Shown one piece after another: positions 1-8,370 of a stretch of DNA of 64,000 nt. The translations under genes and the position numbers were made by a program. The notes under the pieces are model-generated. The model saw only the letters and a list, made by a program, of their open reading frames with translations, ran no database searches and was not told the DNA's origin. This stretch comes from a virus: IMG/VR virus record IMGVR_UViG_637000095_000001; one strand, written 5' to 3'. Within the stretch, counting starts at the first letter, position 1. Each line of letters starts with the position of its first letter.

Positions 1-480
1 TAAAATAGCGTGGTATGTCGGATAGTGCTTCAGGTCGTCCTTCTTGAACTTATAGAATTTATCCACCCGCTTGAAGTGCATGAGCATCTTTTCCACAAAG
101 CTGTCATAGATCGGATAGTCCTCCGGGAAATGGTGGCTGCAATACTTGGTGGCAAACGAATAAAAATTGATGGTCTTCTGGCCGTTAACCTTAACCACGG
201 CAATGTCGTTTACGAGAGTCAGATCCCGGTTGCCAAGACGTTGGTCGATATCCAAATCGACTATGTGTTGGGCAACGGTAAATGGTGAAAAAATGTTCGT
301 GCTGTAAAAGTCGTTCAGCGAACAGACCTTGATCAGGACATCATCCATATCGACATTTCTGGGGTACGTCTCAGCGAACAGTTTTCTGAGGCTGCTCTCC
401 TGCAGTACATAATTGTCCAACGAATCCCACCGCTCCAGATACATGCCCACCTGCTCCGCCGACGGTCTGACTTTATTCAT
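1..480 (-). CDS. Hypothetical protein, 3'-truncated by window edge; possible HhH-GPD/glycosylase-like fold
   Basis: Manual translation from ATG at 480: MNKVRPSAEQVGMYLERWDSLDNYVLQESSLRKLF...NFYSFATKYCSHHFPEDYPIYDSFV..., open to base 1; ATG overlaps the stop of 473..1588 (TATGAATAA). Absent from the ORF track because it has no stop in the window. Fold guess is weak. Confidence 0.75.
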   Translation of the reverse strand, partial: MNKVRPSAEQVGMYLERWDSLDNYVLQESSLRKLFAETYPRNVDMDDVLIKVCSLNDFYSTNIFSPFTVAQHIVDLDIDQRLGNRDLTLVNDIAVVKVNGQKTINFYSFATKYCSHHFPEDYPIYDSFVEKMLMHFKRVDKFYKFKKDDLKHYPTYHAIL

Positions 481-1588
481 AGAGCGCATCCTCGTTGATA
501 TAGGTTGAGTCGTCGTCCCCCTCAGGCTTGATTGTGAAAAGGCATCGGTAGCAGCCTTCTTCCTTCAGGTATTCAATCGGGTCATCTTCCAACCGGAAAA
601 ACTCACGCAGCTTTTTTGACAGGCGCGGTTTCTGGTCTTTGACCTTGAAGGATGCATGCTGGCTCTGCCAATCAATCTGACCGCGAGAATCAGCAAAGGC
701 TCTGAAGAGCTCCCAAGGAATTGTCGGGTTCCCGTTTCTGGTATTGGCCATTCCCATCTGGGTGTAATTGTACTGGCCGTGCGATTTGGTTGTGCGGATT
801 GAAACGGTATGGCCGTCAATAAACTTGATGGTGATGCCGCTCCAGTTGATACCGGCAGGCGTGTCGAAATGGACCATGCCACCGGAATCCGGCTCAGGTA
901 CATCTGCCTGAAAGGTTGCAAATACATCGGTCGCTGACCTAAGAGCCTTCAAGCTACCATTGGCTTGAATGGAAAATTCCTCGCTCAGCACGATACATAT
1001 TGAACCACTCCGGCCCAACAGATCTTCAGTCCGGGGTGTCAATTGTTTGCGGGTTGAAATGATCAGCGCATAAGGAGCCTGACCAAGCAGGCTGACATTC
1101 CTGACGCTTTCGAGAAGTTCGTCCGGGTCATTCTTGAAGGTCAGATAAACCGGAAAATTGAAACCGGCGGTCGGCGTGTAATCACCCAAACGGAAAACAC
1201 CGGGAATGCCATCGAGGGTATTTTCATTTCGTGTAATGCCCAGCCCGGTACAGATGCTTTTGTGGAATGCTGACCGGTTCAATGTATAGACCAGCACATC
1301 CCTCTTGTTCAGTCTGTAAGGCTTCTCTTCCTGCTCTGGGCACACCGCAGCGATATCATCGGCGGCATGCTCGACAACTTTTCTGGGGCAGCCCTGTCCA
1401 CATTCCGTCCGGCAATTGACAGCAGATGCACGCTGATCGGTCAGCTGCAGGAACTTCCTTTCAAATCCGTTGAAGGAATCCCAGCCGCCAAACTCATCCT
1501 GCCATTCACACCACGGGGCATTCTGCTTAGGGTGCTCTTCTAAGAATTGCCAAAGCCGGGTTTCACTCACCGTCATCCTCCGAATCAA
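473..1588 (-). CDS. Hypothetical protein (Cys cluster CxxxCxxxC; possible C-terminal winged helix)
   Basis: 371-aa ORF overlapping its neighbours on both sides; true start may be ATG 1576 or the nearby GTG. Confidence 0.8.
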   Translation of the reverse strand: MIRRMTVSETRLWQFLEEHPKQNAPWCEWQDEFGGWDSFNGFERKFLQLTDQRASAVNCRTECGQGCPRKVVEHAADDIAAVCPEQEEKPYRLNKRDVLVYTLNRSAFHKSICTGLGITRNENTLDGIPGVFRLGDYTPTAGFNFPVYLTFKNDPDELLESVRNVSLLGQAPYALIISTRKQLTPRTEDLLGRSGSICIVLSEEFSIQANGSLKALRSATDVFATFQADVPEPDSGGMVHFDTPAGINWSGITIKFIDGHTVSIRTTKSHGQYNYTQMGMANTRNGNPTIPWELFRAFADSRGQIDWQSQHASFKVKDQKPRLSKKLREFFRLEDDPIEYLKEEGCYRCLFTIKPEGDDDSTYINEDALYE

Positions 1589-2729
1589 CGATGATAAAGC
1601 CCCGGCGGATCAGCCACTCTTCAAGAATCTCGGCGTCATCATCCCGTTTGAACTGAGCCCGGTTACCAGAGCTGAGTGTAACGGTTCGCGGTGTTTTGGA
1701 ATCGGAAAACTTGATCTGGAAGCTGGCCTTGCTCAATCGCCCACCGTTGGGAATCGTGCGCTCTCGCTCTTCCAATGAAGCAAAGATGTCCTCGGCTTTG
1801 CGGATCTCGATCTCTTTGTGTGTTCCGCCACGGAAGATCTGGAACTCCTTCAGGCGCACCCAATCAATCCCTTCAACATCATCACAGAGGACGGACGCCG
1901 AACCTACCTCCCGTAAGGGCTCCAATGTGAATTTGCTTTTGCCGTCGAAAAACTCGCTGTCACCGAAAAGGTGCAGGCCAAACTTCGTGCGGTACAGTTC
2001 CTTTTCACCCTTGGAGCGGGCGTTCATCCGGATCTCACCATTTTCCGGGCTGTAAACGAGCACGTCATATTTTTCCGGCCGATAGAACAGGCTTTTGGAT
2101 TCACCATCCTTGATGATCGACTCCCGGGTGAATGGCTCTCCATGGCGGACAAGGAACCAGACATAGTCCTCTTTCACATAGATGAAAACCTTGGAAGCAC
2201 GGCCACGGCGTTTCTTGGCAAACCATTCATCCAGATCCGCTTCGAGGGCGGTGATGGTTTCTTCGCTTGGCTCTTCAAAATCAGGAATGGTTTCACGGGT
2301 GCATTTGAAATATTCAAATGAGCGCGGGCGAAACAGGAACTGCTCGGCATGGAGTCGCTCGATGATGTTGCGGTCCTGCACCCATACCTGCAAAGCCAGG
2401 TCACCGTAAGCGGCATCTTCGGAGATGTTGACATCGATCTCAGTGTCGGCAATGGCCTCCTGTATCAGGTCGAAGCCTTCAGGAGTCGACATCTCGTTAA
2501 TGTAATAGAGAGCTTCCGACATCTCAGGAGGTGTGCTGGTGTTCGGGTTCAGCAGCACGTTACTCATGACTGTATAATCCAGTCCGTTTTCTGCGGCTGC
2601 CGATGGCAACTCTATCCCTCGCCCGGATAGATATTCGGTGTAGGGCTCAAGAAATGTGATCAGATGGCTCCGGTCGATCTTCCGGAGCATTTCCGGCTTC
2701 GAAAAGCGGCGAAGGTTTAAAGTTGCCAT
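1563..2729 (-). CDS. Hypothetical protein in the repressor operon
   Basis: 388-aa ORF with AGGAG upstream of ATG; 50 nt downstream of lexA, same strand. Confidence 0.85.
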   Translation of the reverse strand: MATLNLRRFSKPEMLRKIDRSHLITFLEPYTEYLSGRGIELPSAAAENGLDYTVMSNVLLNPNTSTPPEMSEALYYINEMSTPEGFDLIQEAIADTEIDVNISEDAAYGDLALQVWVQDRNIIERLHAEQFLFRPRSFEYFKCTRETIPDFEEPSEETITALEADLDEWFAKKRRGRASKVFIYVKEDYVWFLVRHGEPFTRESIIKDGESKSLFYRPEKYDVLVYSPENGEIRMNARSKGEKELYRTKFGLHLFGDSEFFDGKSKFTLEPLREVGSASVLCDDVEGIDWVRLKEFQIFRGGTHKEIEIRKAEDIFASLEERERTIPNGGRLSKASFQIKFSDSKTPRTVTLSSGNRAQFKRDDDAEILEEWLIRRGFIIVDSEDDGE

Positions 2730-2779
2730 TAATTTCTCCTGTTTTTTTTAGCTTATAGCTGTCCTTACATAGTGTTCTC

Positions 2780-3403
2780 TCAAATTCGTTTACGGCCCAC
2801 CACTTTGCCGAGAATCCTCAATTCATCTTCAGGTTTGACCCTGATCGGTTTCAGCCTCGGATTCTCCGGGACCAGCTCGATGAGCTCATTATCAATTTTC
2901 AGCCTTTTGACCGTGGCTTCATCGTCAAGCAGCGCAATAACGATATCACCGTCTTCGGCAATTGGCTGACGCCTCACAATGATCAGGTCGCCGTCGTTTA
3001 TTCCGGCATCGATCATACTGTCGCCCTGTGTGTACAAGGCAAAGCACTTGCCTGATCCGACAACGGATGCTTCCACCAGAACCTCGCCCGTGATGTTCTC
3101 ATGAGCGAAAATCGGATGACCGGCTGCAACCGTGCCGACAATCGGAACCGCCACAAGGGCGACCGCGTTTGTCTGAGGATGCTTGGTCACGGTCAGACCG
3201 CGAGCCTTACCTTCCTCTCTTTTCAAATAACCTTTGCGAACCAGCTGGTTGATCCGGTCATGCACACTGGCGTGACTGATTCCAAATGTTTCGCTCATTT
3301 CCTTAACCGTCGGCGGATACCCTTTGGCTGAAACGTACCGGCATATTTCATCAAGTGTTTCCTGCTGCAACGGCGTAATGTCGTCTTCTCTGTTTCTGCC
3401 CAT
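2780..3403 (-). CDS. lexA: LexA-family repressor (S24 autopeptidase)
   Basis: N-terminal wHTH (GYPPTVKEM...GISHASV), Ala-Gly cleavage site VAAG, catalytic GDSM and TVKRL. Confidence 0.92.
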   Translation of the reverse strand: MGRNREDDITPLQQETLDEICRYVSAKGYPPTVKEMSETFGISHASVHDRINQLVRKGYLKREEGKARGLTVTKHPQTNAVALVAVPIVGTVAAGHPIFAHENITGEVLVEASVVGSGKCFALYTQGDSMIDAGINDGDLIIVRRQPIAEDGDIVIALLDDEATVKRLKIDNELIELVPENPRLKPIRVKPEDELRILGKVVGRKRI

Positions 3404-3459
3404 AGCGTCCTCCTTCCTTTAAAAGACAGAGAGCCCCAGTTTGGGCCGAATAACACATA

Positions 3460-3488
3460 AATATACGACCTTATATCCATCAGGTCAA
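3460..3488 (-). promoter_or_regulatory. Sigma70-type promoter of the lexA operon
   Basis: Minus strand TTGACC-N17-TATATT, about 55 nt upstream of the lexA ATG. Confidence 0.75.
3467..3486. promoter_or_regulatory. Candidate repressor operator GACCT-N10-AGGTC (copy 1)
   Basis: GACCT tatatccatc AGGTC overlaps the -35 box and spacer of the lexA promoter; second copy at 6775. Confidence 0.6.
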
Positions 3489-3509
3489 GAAATCTTATAA
3501 ATAAAACTT

Positions 3510-3540
3510 CCGACGGATTGAAGTCCCTCCCGGTAAGTAA
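3510..3540 (+). promoter_or_regulatory. Element-specific bipartite promoter motif, copy 1
   Basis: CCGACGG-N13-CCGGTAAGTAA upstream of the small ORF/DUF2924/recombinase operon. Confidence 0.8.
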
Positions 3541-3610
3541 CCTCCGAAAGTTCCGAGGGTTCGTCTCGGACATGAGTTAGAAACCAGACAATTGGCCGGA
3601 TGCCAGGCAG

Positions 3611-3660
3611 AGGCGGTTGTGGGTGCTGAAAAACGCGCATCCCAACCGCCTTTTGTTTTT
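3611..3660 (+). terminator. Leader terminator/attenuator hairpin
   Basis: AGGCGGTTG(T)GGGTGC...GCATCCCAACCGCCT followed by TTTGTTTTTT. Confidence 0.6.
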
Positions 3661-3706
3661 GGCACCCGCAGCTTCCCTCATCGGCACCGGCCCAACGGAG
3701 GCCCTT

Positions 3707-3970
3707 ATGCTTGATGTGGAATTAGCACCAGAAAACCCTTACTCAAACCAGTTGACCGACGACCAATTGCCGGATGCTGAAGGCATTAACCCGGAGCAGC
3801 GGCTGGATGCCATTGCGGCCATTCTGGCCATTGCCGCACTCAGGAGTCGGTATCGTAAGGCCAATAATGCCAACAACTTAAAGAATGTTGCAGATTCTTC
3901 CGGAACCTTCGGAGAAGGACTTGATTCTTCTGCCAGAAAGAGCGTCATTCATGACAACCGAGTCCTGTAA
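3707..3970 (+). CDS. Small hypothetical protein upstream of DUF2924
   Basis: GGAGG RBS then ATG 3707; 87 aa, PEQRLDAIAAILAIAALR helix. Confidence 0.6.
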   Translation: MLDVELAPENPYSNQLTDDQLPDAEGINPEQRLDAIAAILAIAALRSRYRKANNANNLKNVADSSGTFGEGLDSSARKSVIHDNRVL

Positions 3971-3990
3971 TCGAATATAAGGAGTTGAAA

Positions 3991-4497
3991 ATGAATGACT
4001 TGAAAAACAAAAAAACGGAGCCGACCAAGACCTCGGTGTTGAGGCAATTGGCAACGCTCCAGAACATGAGCCTTGATCAGCTCAGAGAGAAATGGCTGGA
4101 CCTTTATGGAACCGAGCCACCCCAGTACAAGAAGCAGTTTCTGGTTAAACGGCTGGCGCACCGGATTCAGGAGCTCTTTTACGGCGGCCTGTCGGAGCAG
4201 GCCAAATCTCACCTGAAGAAAGTTGCCGAGACCGATCCGGTGGCAACGGTCATCCGCAAGATTCCGGAAGAACGAAAATCACAGGAAGCCATTCTGCCGG
4301 GCACCCGGTTTGTCCGGATTTGGAACGACCAGCGCTATGAAGTGATCGCCCGGGAAAGCGGCTTTGAGTACGACGGGCGCATCTTCAGATCACTGAGCGC
4401 CATAGCGAGGGAAATCACAGGCACCCGCTGGAACGGCAAGATCTTTTTCGGCCTGAAGAACAGTCACAGAAAAAAGGAAGGTGGTCCGAATGCTTAA
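3991..4497 (+). CDS. DUF2924 family protein
   Basis: LREKWLDLYG..PP...L..RLAHRIQE..YGGL and PGTRFVRIWN...F.YDGR..RSLSAIAREITGTRWNG..FFGL; AAGGAG RBS. Confidence 0.85.
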   Translation: MNDLKNKKTEPTKTSVLRQLATLQNMSLDQLREKWLDLYGTEPPQYKKQFLVKRLAHRIQELFYGGLSEQAKSHLKKVAETDPVATVIRKIPEERKSQEAILPGTRFVRIWNDQRYEVIARESGFEYDGRIFRSLSAIAREITGTRWNGKIFFGLKNSHRKKEGGPNA

Positions 4498-6073
4498 CAA
4501 TAACAACACACAAAACGGCCAGCGTAAAACGCTCCGCTGTGCCATCTATACCCGGAAAAGCCACGAGGAAGGTCTGGATCAGGAATTCAATTCACTCGAC
4601 GCCCAGAGGGAGGCCGCCGAAGCCTACATCGAAAGTCAGAAGCTGCAGGGATGGAAGGCCATCCCTTACCGATATGATGACGGCGGCTTTTCCGGCGGCA
4701 CCATGGAACGTCCGGCTCTGCAGAGACTGCTGGCGGATATCGATGCCGGTAAGATCGATGTCATCGTTGTTTACAAGATCGACCGGCTATCCCGATCCCT
4801 GCTGGACTTCATGAAGATGATTGAGCTTTTCAATGAAAAGGAAGTGAGCTTTGTATCCGTCACCCAGCACTTCAGCACCACTGACTCGACGGGCCGCATG
4901 TTTCTGGGAATCCTGATCACCTTTGCCCAGTATGAGCGTGAGGTCATTGGTGAGCGTATCCGGGACAAGGTGGCCGCCGCTAAACGCCGGGGAAAATACT
5001 GCGGCGGGCCTGCTGTACTCGGTTACGACGTGGACCGGGAAAACAAAAAGCTGCTCATCAACCAGAGCGAGGCACCGCTGGTGAAACTCATCTTCAGGCG
5101 ATACACGCAGGTGGGATCGGCAAAGAAGGTGGCGCAGGAGCTTAACGAGCAAGGATACAAAACCAAGTCATGGACCACCAAGAAAGGCAAGGAGCGGATC
5201 GGTACCGAATGGAACACGGCTCAGGTCTATCGCCTTCTCAACAACAGGCTCTATATCGGAGAGATCGCTTACAAGGGTAAAAACTATCCGGCGGAGCATG
5301 ATGCCCTGATTGATCAAAACACATGGGACAAGGTTCAGGCGCTGCTCTCGGAAAACAATCGAACCAAGATGAGCAAGGCCCGGGTGAAAATGGTCTCGCC
5401 CCTGAGCGGAGTGATCCGGTGCGGCCACTGCGACAGCGCCATGGGCATCACCTATACCAACAAAGGCGACCGCCGCTACTCCTATTATATATGTGAAAAG
5501 GATACCAAACGCGCCGTCAGCCGGTGCCCTTTGAAACGGGTTCCTGCCGGAGACATCGAGTCGGTGGTACTTGACCAGCTGGGAGCCGTATTCAGAACAC
5601 CGACCTTGGTGGCCAAGACCTACTTTGCCGCCAGAGAGATCGAGGCCGAAGAACGAGAGCGCTTGCAGGTCCAGAAGAAGGAACTCGAACAATCCCTGCA
5701 GAGCGTCAGGCAGGAAGCTCTGAAGCTGATGTCGCCCGACAATGATGATCCCGACCGGAACAGCCGACTGCCCTTGGTCAATCAGCAGGCCGTCGATCTG
5801 ACCAAACAGCTCACCAATGTATCGGCCCGATTGAAGGTAATTGATACCGAACAGATTTCCGAGGGGGATGTATCCGAAGCCTTTCAGAGCGTGAAAACCT
5901 TCTGGGAGGATCTGTTTCCCCTCGAGCGAAACCGACTGATCCAGCTTCTGGTGGAAACCATCGAAATACGGGAAACGGGAATCGACATGGAACTGAAAAC
6001 CAACGGTCTCACAAACCTTGTCACCGAGCTGGCCGGTCTGGCCTGTGAAGTCAGGGAAAGGAGTAACAGCTGA
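4490..6073 (+). CDS. Large serine recombinase (integrase)
   Basis: AIYTRKS (catalytic Ser), DDGGFSGGTMERPALQRLL, KIDRLSRS, recombinase domain, Zn ribbon CGHC...YYIC. Confidence 0.95.
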   Translation: MLNNNNTQNGQRKTLRCAIYTRKSHEEGLDQEFNSLDAQREAAEAYIESQKLQGWKAIPYRYDDGGFSGGTMERPALQRLLADIDAGKIDVIVVYKIDRLSRSLLDFMKMIELFNEKEVSFVSVTQHFSTTDSTGRMFLGILITFAQYEREVIGERIRDKVAAAKRRGKYCGGPAVLGYDVDRENKKLLINQSEAPLVKLIFRRYTQVGSAKKVAQELNEQGYKTKSWTTKKGKERIGTEWNTAQVYRLLNNRLYIGEIAYKGKNYPAEHDALIDQNTWDKVQALLSENNRTKMSKARVKMVSPLSGVIRCGHCDSAMGITYTNKGDRRYSYYICEKDTKRAVSRCPLKRVPAGDIESVVLDQLGAVFRTPTLVAKTYFAAREIEAEERERLQVQKKELEQSLQSVRQEALKLMSPDNDDPDRNSRLPLVNQQAVDLTKQLTNVSARLKVIDTEQISEGDVSEAFQSVKTFWEDLFPLERNRLIQLLVETIEIRETGIDMELKTNGLTNLVTELAGLACEVRERSNS

Positions 6074-6492
6074 TGAAGAAGATTAAACCAACCATCAAAC
6101 TTTCAGACAGCGGAAACCTGCACATCCATATCCCCATGTTCATCCGGAGAATGCGCGGCCGCAAAATGGTATTCACACCTGATACGCTGGACGGTGAAAA
6201 CGAAGGCATGCCGGAAACGGTGCAGACGGCCATTGTCCAGTCGCTGGCCAGAGCCTTTTCATGGGCGGACATCCTTGAGAGTGGTGAGATCAAGTCCATC
6301 AGCGAGCTGGCCAGAGATCTCGATGTGGATTCATCCTACGTCGCCAGAACCCTGAAACTGACCACACTCGCCCCGGACATTATCGAAGCCATCATTAACG
6401 GTGAAGAGCCCAGCGGATTATCCCTATCAAAGCTGGTGAAAACATTCCCTCTCGACTGGAGTGAACAGCGATCATTCTTTGGTTTCAGCTGA
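6073..6492 (+). CDS. Recombinase-associated HTH protein
   Basis: TGATG coupling; SISELARDLDVDSSYVARTLKL helix-turn-helix. Confidence 0.8.
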   Translation: MKKIKPTIKLSDSGNLHIHIPMFIRRMRGRKMVFTPDTLDGENEGMPETVQTAIVQSLARAFSWADILESGEIKSISELARDLDVDSSYVARTLKLTTLAPDIIEAIINGEEPSGLSLSKLVKTFPLDWSEQRSFFGFS

Positions 6493-6519
6493 TCGCTATC
6501 CCAAACCATCATCCTCAAC

Positions 6520-6544
6520 AGCCGACCTTGTGTCGGCTTTTTTT
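6520..6544 (+). terminator. Intrinsic terminator
   Basis: AGCCGAC cttgt GTCGGCT followed by a T-run. Confidence 0.8.
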
Positions 6545-6774
6545 ATGCCCTGACGAGTGAGCCCAACGAAATTTCACTGAGGGGTGGTAAAAAAAGTTAA
6601 AAAATATTTCCCCGCCTCATTCAATCAAATCCCACTCAAATTCAAGGCATTAGCCAATCCAAGCGCATCTGTATCGGGTGAAATTTCAGTGGTCCAACGA
6701 AATTTCGCCAAAGAAGGGTGACAGGTCTGGTGAACAGAAAAACGTTCACGACCTCACCCGGAGAAATCATGCCG

Positions 6775-6794
6775 GACCTGTCTTCCGGGAGGTC
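6775..6794. promoter_or_regulatory. Candidate repressor operator GACCT-N10-AGGTC (copy 2)
   Basis: (G)GACCT gtcttccggg AGGTC(C), just upstream of the RBS of the operon containing the sigma gene. Confidence 0.55.
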
Positions 6795-6814
6795 CTCAAC
6801 AAAGGAGGTTCGGC

Positions 6815-7141
6815 ATGAACCAGATAAAGAAGACAGAACTAAACGAGCCGCAGCAAAAGCTCATCGAGCTGATGCAGCAAATCAACTTCGGGCGCATTTC
6901 CAACATACCGGTTGTGGGCGGAAATCCCGAACTCACCGCAGACACCATTATCGAGCGTGAAATCAAACTGGGCGGCCAGAACGGTAACCGTCCGGAGCTG
7001 GCCAAGGATGACTTCACCCTGAAGCAGGAAGTGCTCGCTCTTATCGAACACCTTACCCGCATGGGTGATGGAATCATCCGTCATCTTGAAATCAAGCATG
7101 GGTTGCCATTCCTGATCCGTATCGAGGAACGGGCAGCATAA
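6815..7141 (+). CDS. Hypothetical protein (108 aa)
   Basis: AAGGAGG RBS, ATG 6815. Confidence 0.8.
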   Translation: MNQIKKTELNEPQQKLIELMQQINFGRISNIPVVGGNPELTADTIIEREIKLGGQNGNRPELAKDDFTLKQEVLALIEHLTRMGDGIIRHLEIKHGLPFLIRIEERAA

Positions 7142-7356
7142 CAAACTGAGAATTTAGACACTTCGACAACAAGCTGGACGCAAGGCGGAGGCTGTTGTGG
7201 GTGTCGCCGAGCCAAACCTGACCGTGTGTTTATCAGCACGGCAGGTGGCAGAAAAGGCGAACCTGCGACACTCCGCTTGTTGGATCAGCTCCTTCCTCTG
7301 TTTCCGGCCCGTGCCGACACCCACGCGGTGCTCCTCCTCGCTCCGAGGAGGACCAA

Positions 7357-7941
7357 ATGTTTTATCGAAATTCCTATGACGGCATCGATGGCTATGCCGC
7401 AGACCTTATTCGGCACAAGGCAAGACAACTGGTGGGTAAAGCAGGACTGACAGAAGACGATCGGCAGGATCTCGAGCAGGAACTGATGATCGATCTGCTG
7501 GGCAGGATGAAGCACTTCAATCCAGCCAAGGGCAAAAAGACAACCTTCATGACCCGCATCGTTGAGCGGCGGATCTCAACCATTCTGGAAGCCCGCTTCG
7601 CGCAATGCCGGGACTGGCGCAAATGCACCGCCTCTCTCAACGATCCCATTCCGGGCGGAGATAACGATTCCGCCGAGCGTATCGAGCAGGTCTGCAGTGA
7701 TGGACAGATGGGACATCACGGCCGGGATACCAACGAGCAACGGCAGAACGACATCCGCTTCGATCTCGAACGGGTCATTGCCGCACTGCCGGAAGACCTG
7801 CAGGAGCTCTGCGAAAAACTGCAGTCGAGCAACATGGCTGAAATCGCAAGGGAGATGGGCGTTCCGCGCAGCACCCTCTACGGAAAACTGACCAAGCTGC
7901 GGGACGCATTCCGGGATGGTGGATTGGAAGAATACCTCTGA
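7357..7941 (+). CDS. Sigma-70 family (ECF-like, regions 2 and 4) RNA polymerase sigma factor
   Basis: Region 2: DRQDLEQELMIDLL...FNPAKG..TTFMTRIVERRI; region 4 HTH: LPEDLQELC...SNMAEIAREMGVPRSTLYGKL; GAGGAGG RBS. Confidence 0.85.
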   Translation: MFYRNSYDGIDGYAADLIRHKARQLVGKAGLTEDDRQDLEQELMIDLLGRMKHFNPAKGKKTTFMTRIVERRISTILEARFAQCRDWRKCTASLNDPIPGGDNDSAERIEQVCSDGQMGHHGRDTNEQRQNDIRFDLERVIAALPEDLQELCEKLQSSNMAEIAREMGVPRSTLYGKLTKLRDAFRDGGLEEYL

Positions 7942-7945
7942 TCGA

Positions 7946-7976
7946 CCGACGCATCGCCCGGGGTTCCGGTAAGTAA
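7946..7976 (+). promoter_or_regulatory. Element-specific promoter motif, copy 2
   Basis: CCGACGC-N13-CCGGTAAGTAA, 4 nt after the sigma stop, heading the replication operon. Confidence 0.85.
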
Positions 7977-8049
7977 GCATCGTGCCGCATGAAGCGGACG
8001 ACCGGGGCCTCGGTAAACAGAAAACCTGCAAAACAACAGGAGATTAACA

Positions 8050-8370
8050 ATGGAAACTTACAAGTATCGCTTTGATCAGTCGGTCCCGGCTCAGGACTTG
8101 GAAGATACCTTCATGCTGGCGTTGCTGGCTGTGGAAAGCATGTATGGACACTCCAGAGTGAGGATGGAATCCCGCTTCAATCTGGATAAGCAAAACCGCA
8201 CCTGCTTTATCGACGCAGCGACCAAGGTCGGCTGTGATCTGGCGAGCATCTTTACCGGATTCGCCACCAAGGAGTATGGCGAACGAGCGGTAATGATCGA
8301 CCGTGAGCCCGCCAGTGGCGGATGCGCCTGCAATGCAAAGGCACCTTCAGCAATGGAGGTGGCGGTATGA
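8050..8370 (+). CDS. Hypothetical protein
   Basis: AGGAG RBS; ATGA overlap with the next gene. Confidence 0.75.
   Translation: METYKYRFDQSVPAQDLEDTFMLALLAVESMYGHSRVRMESRFNLDKQNRTCFIDAATKVGCDLASIFTGFATKEYGERAVMIDREPASGGCACNAKAPSAMEVAV

Noticed and set aside
2780-3403. Host chromosomal lexA marking the prophage boundary
   Set aside because: Flanked by unknown coupled genes and divergent from the integrase module; no host housekeeping genes nearby. Cannot be fully excluded without flanking sequence
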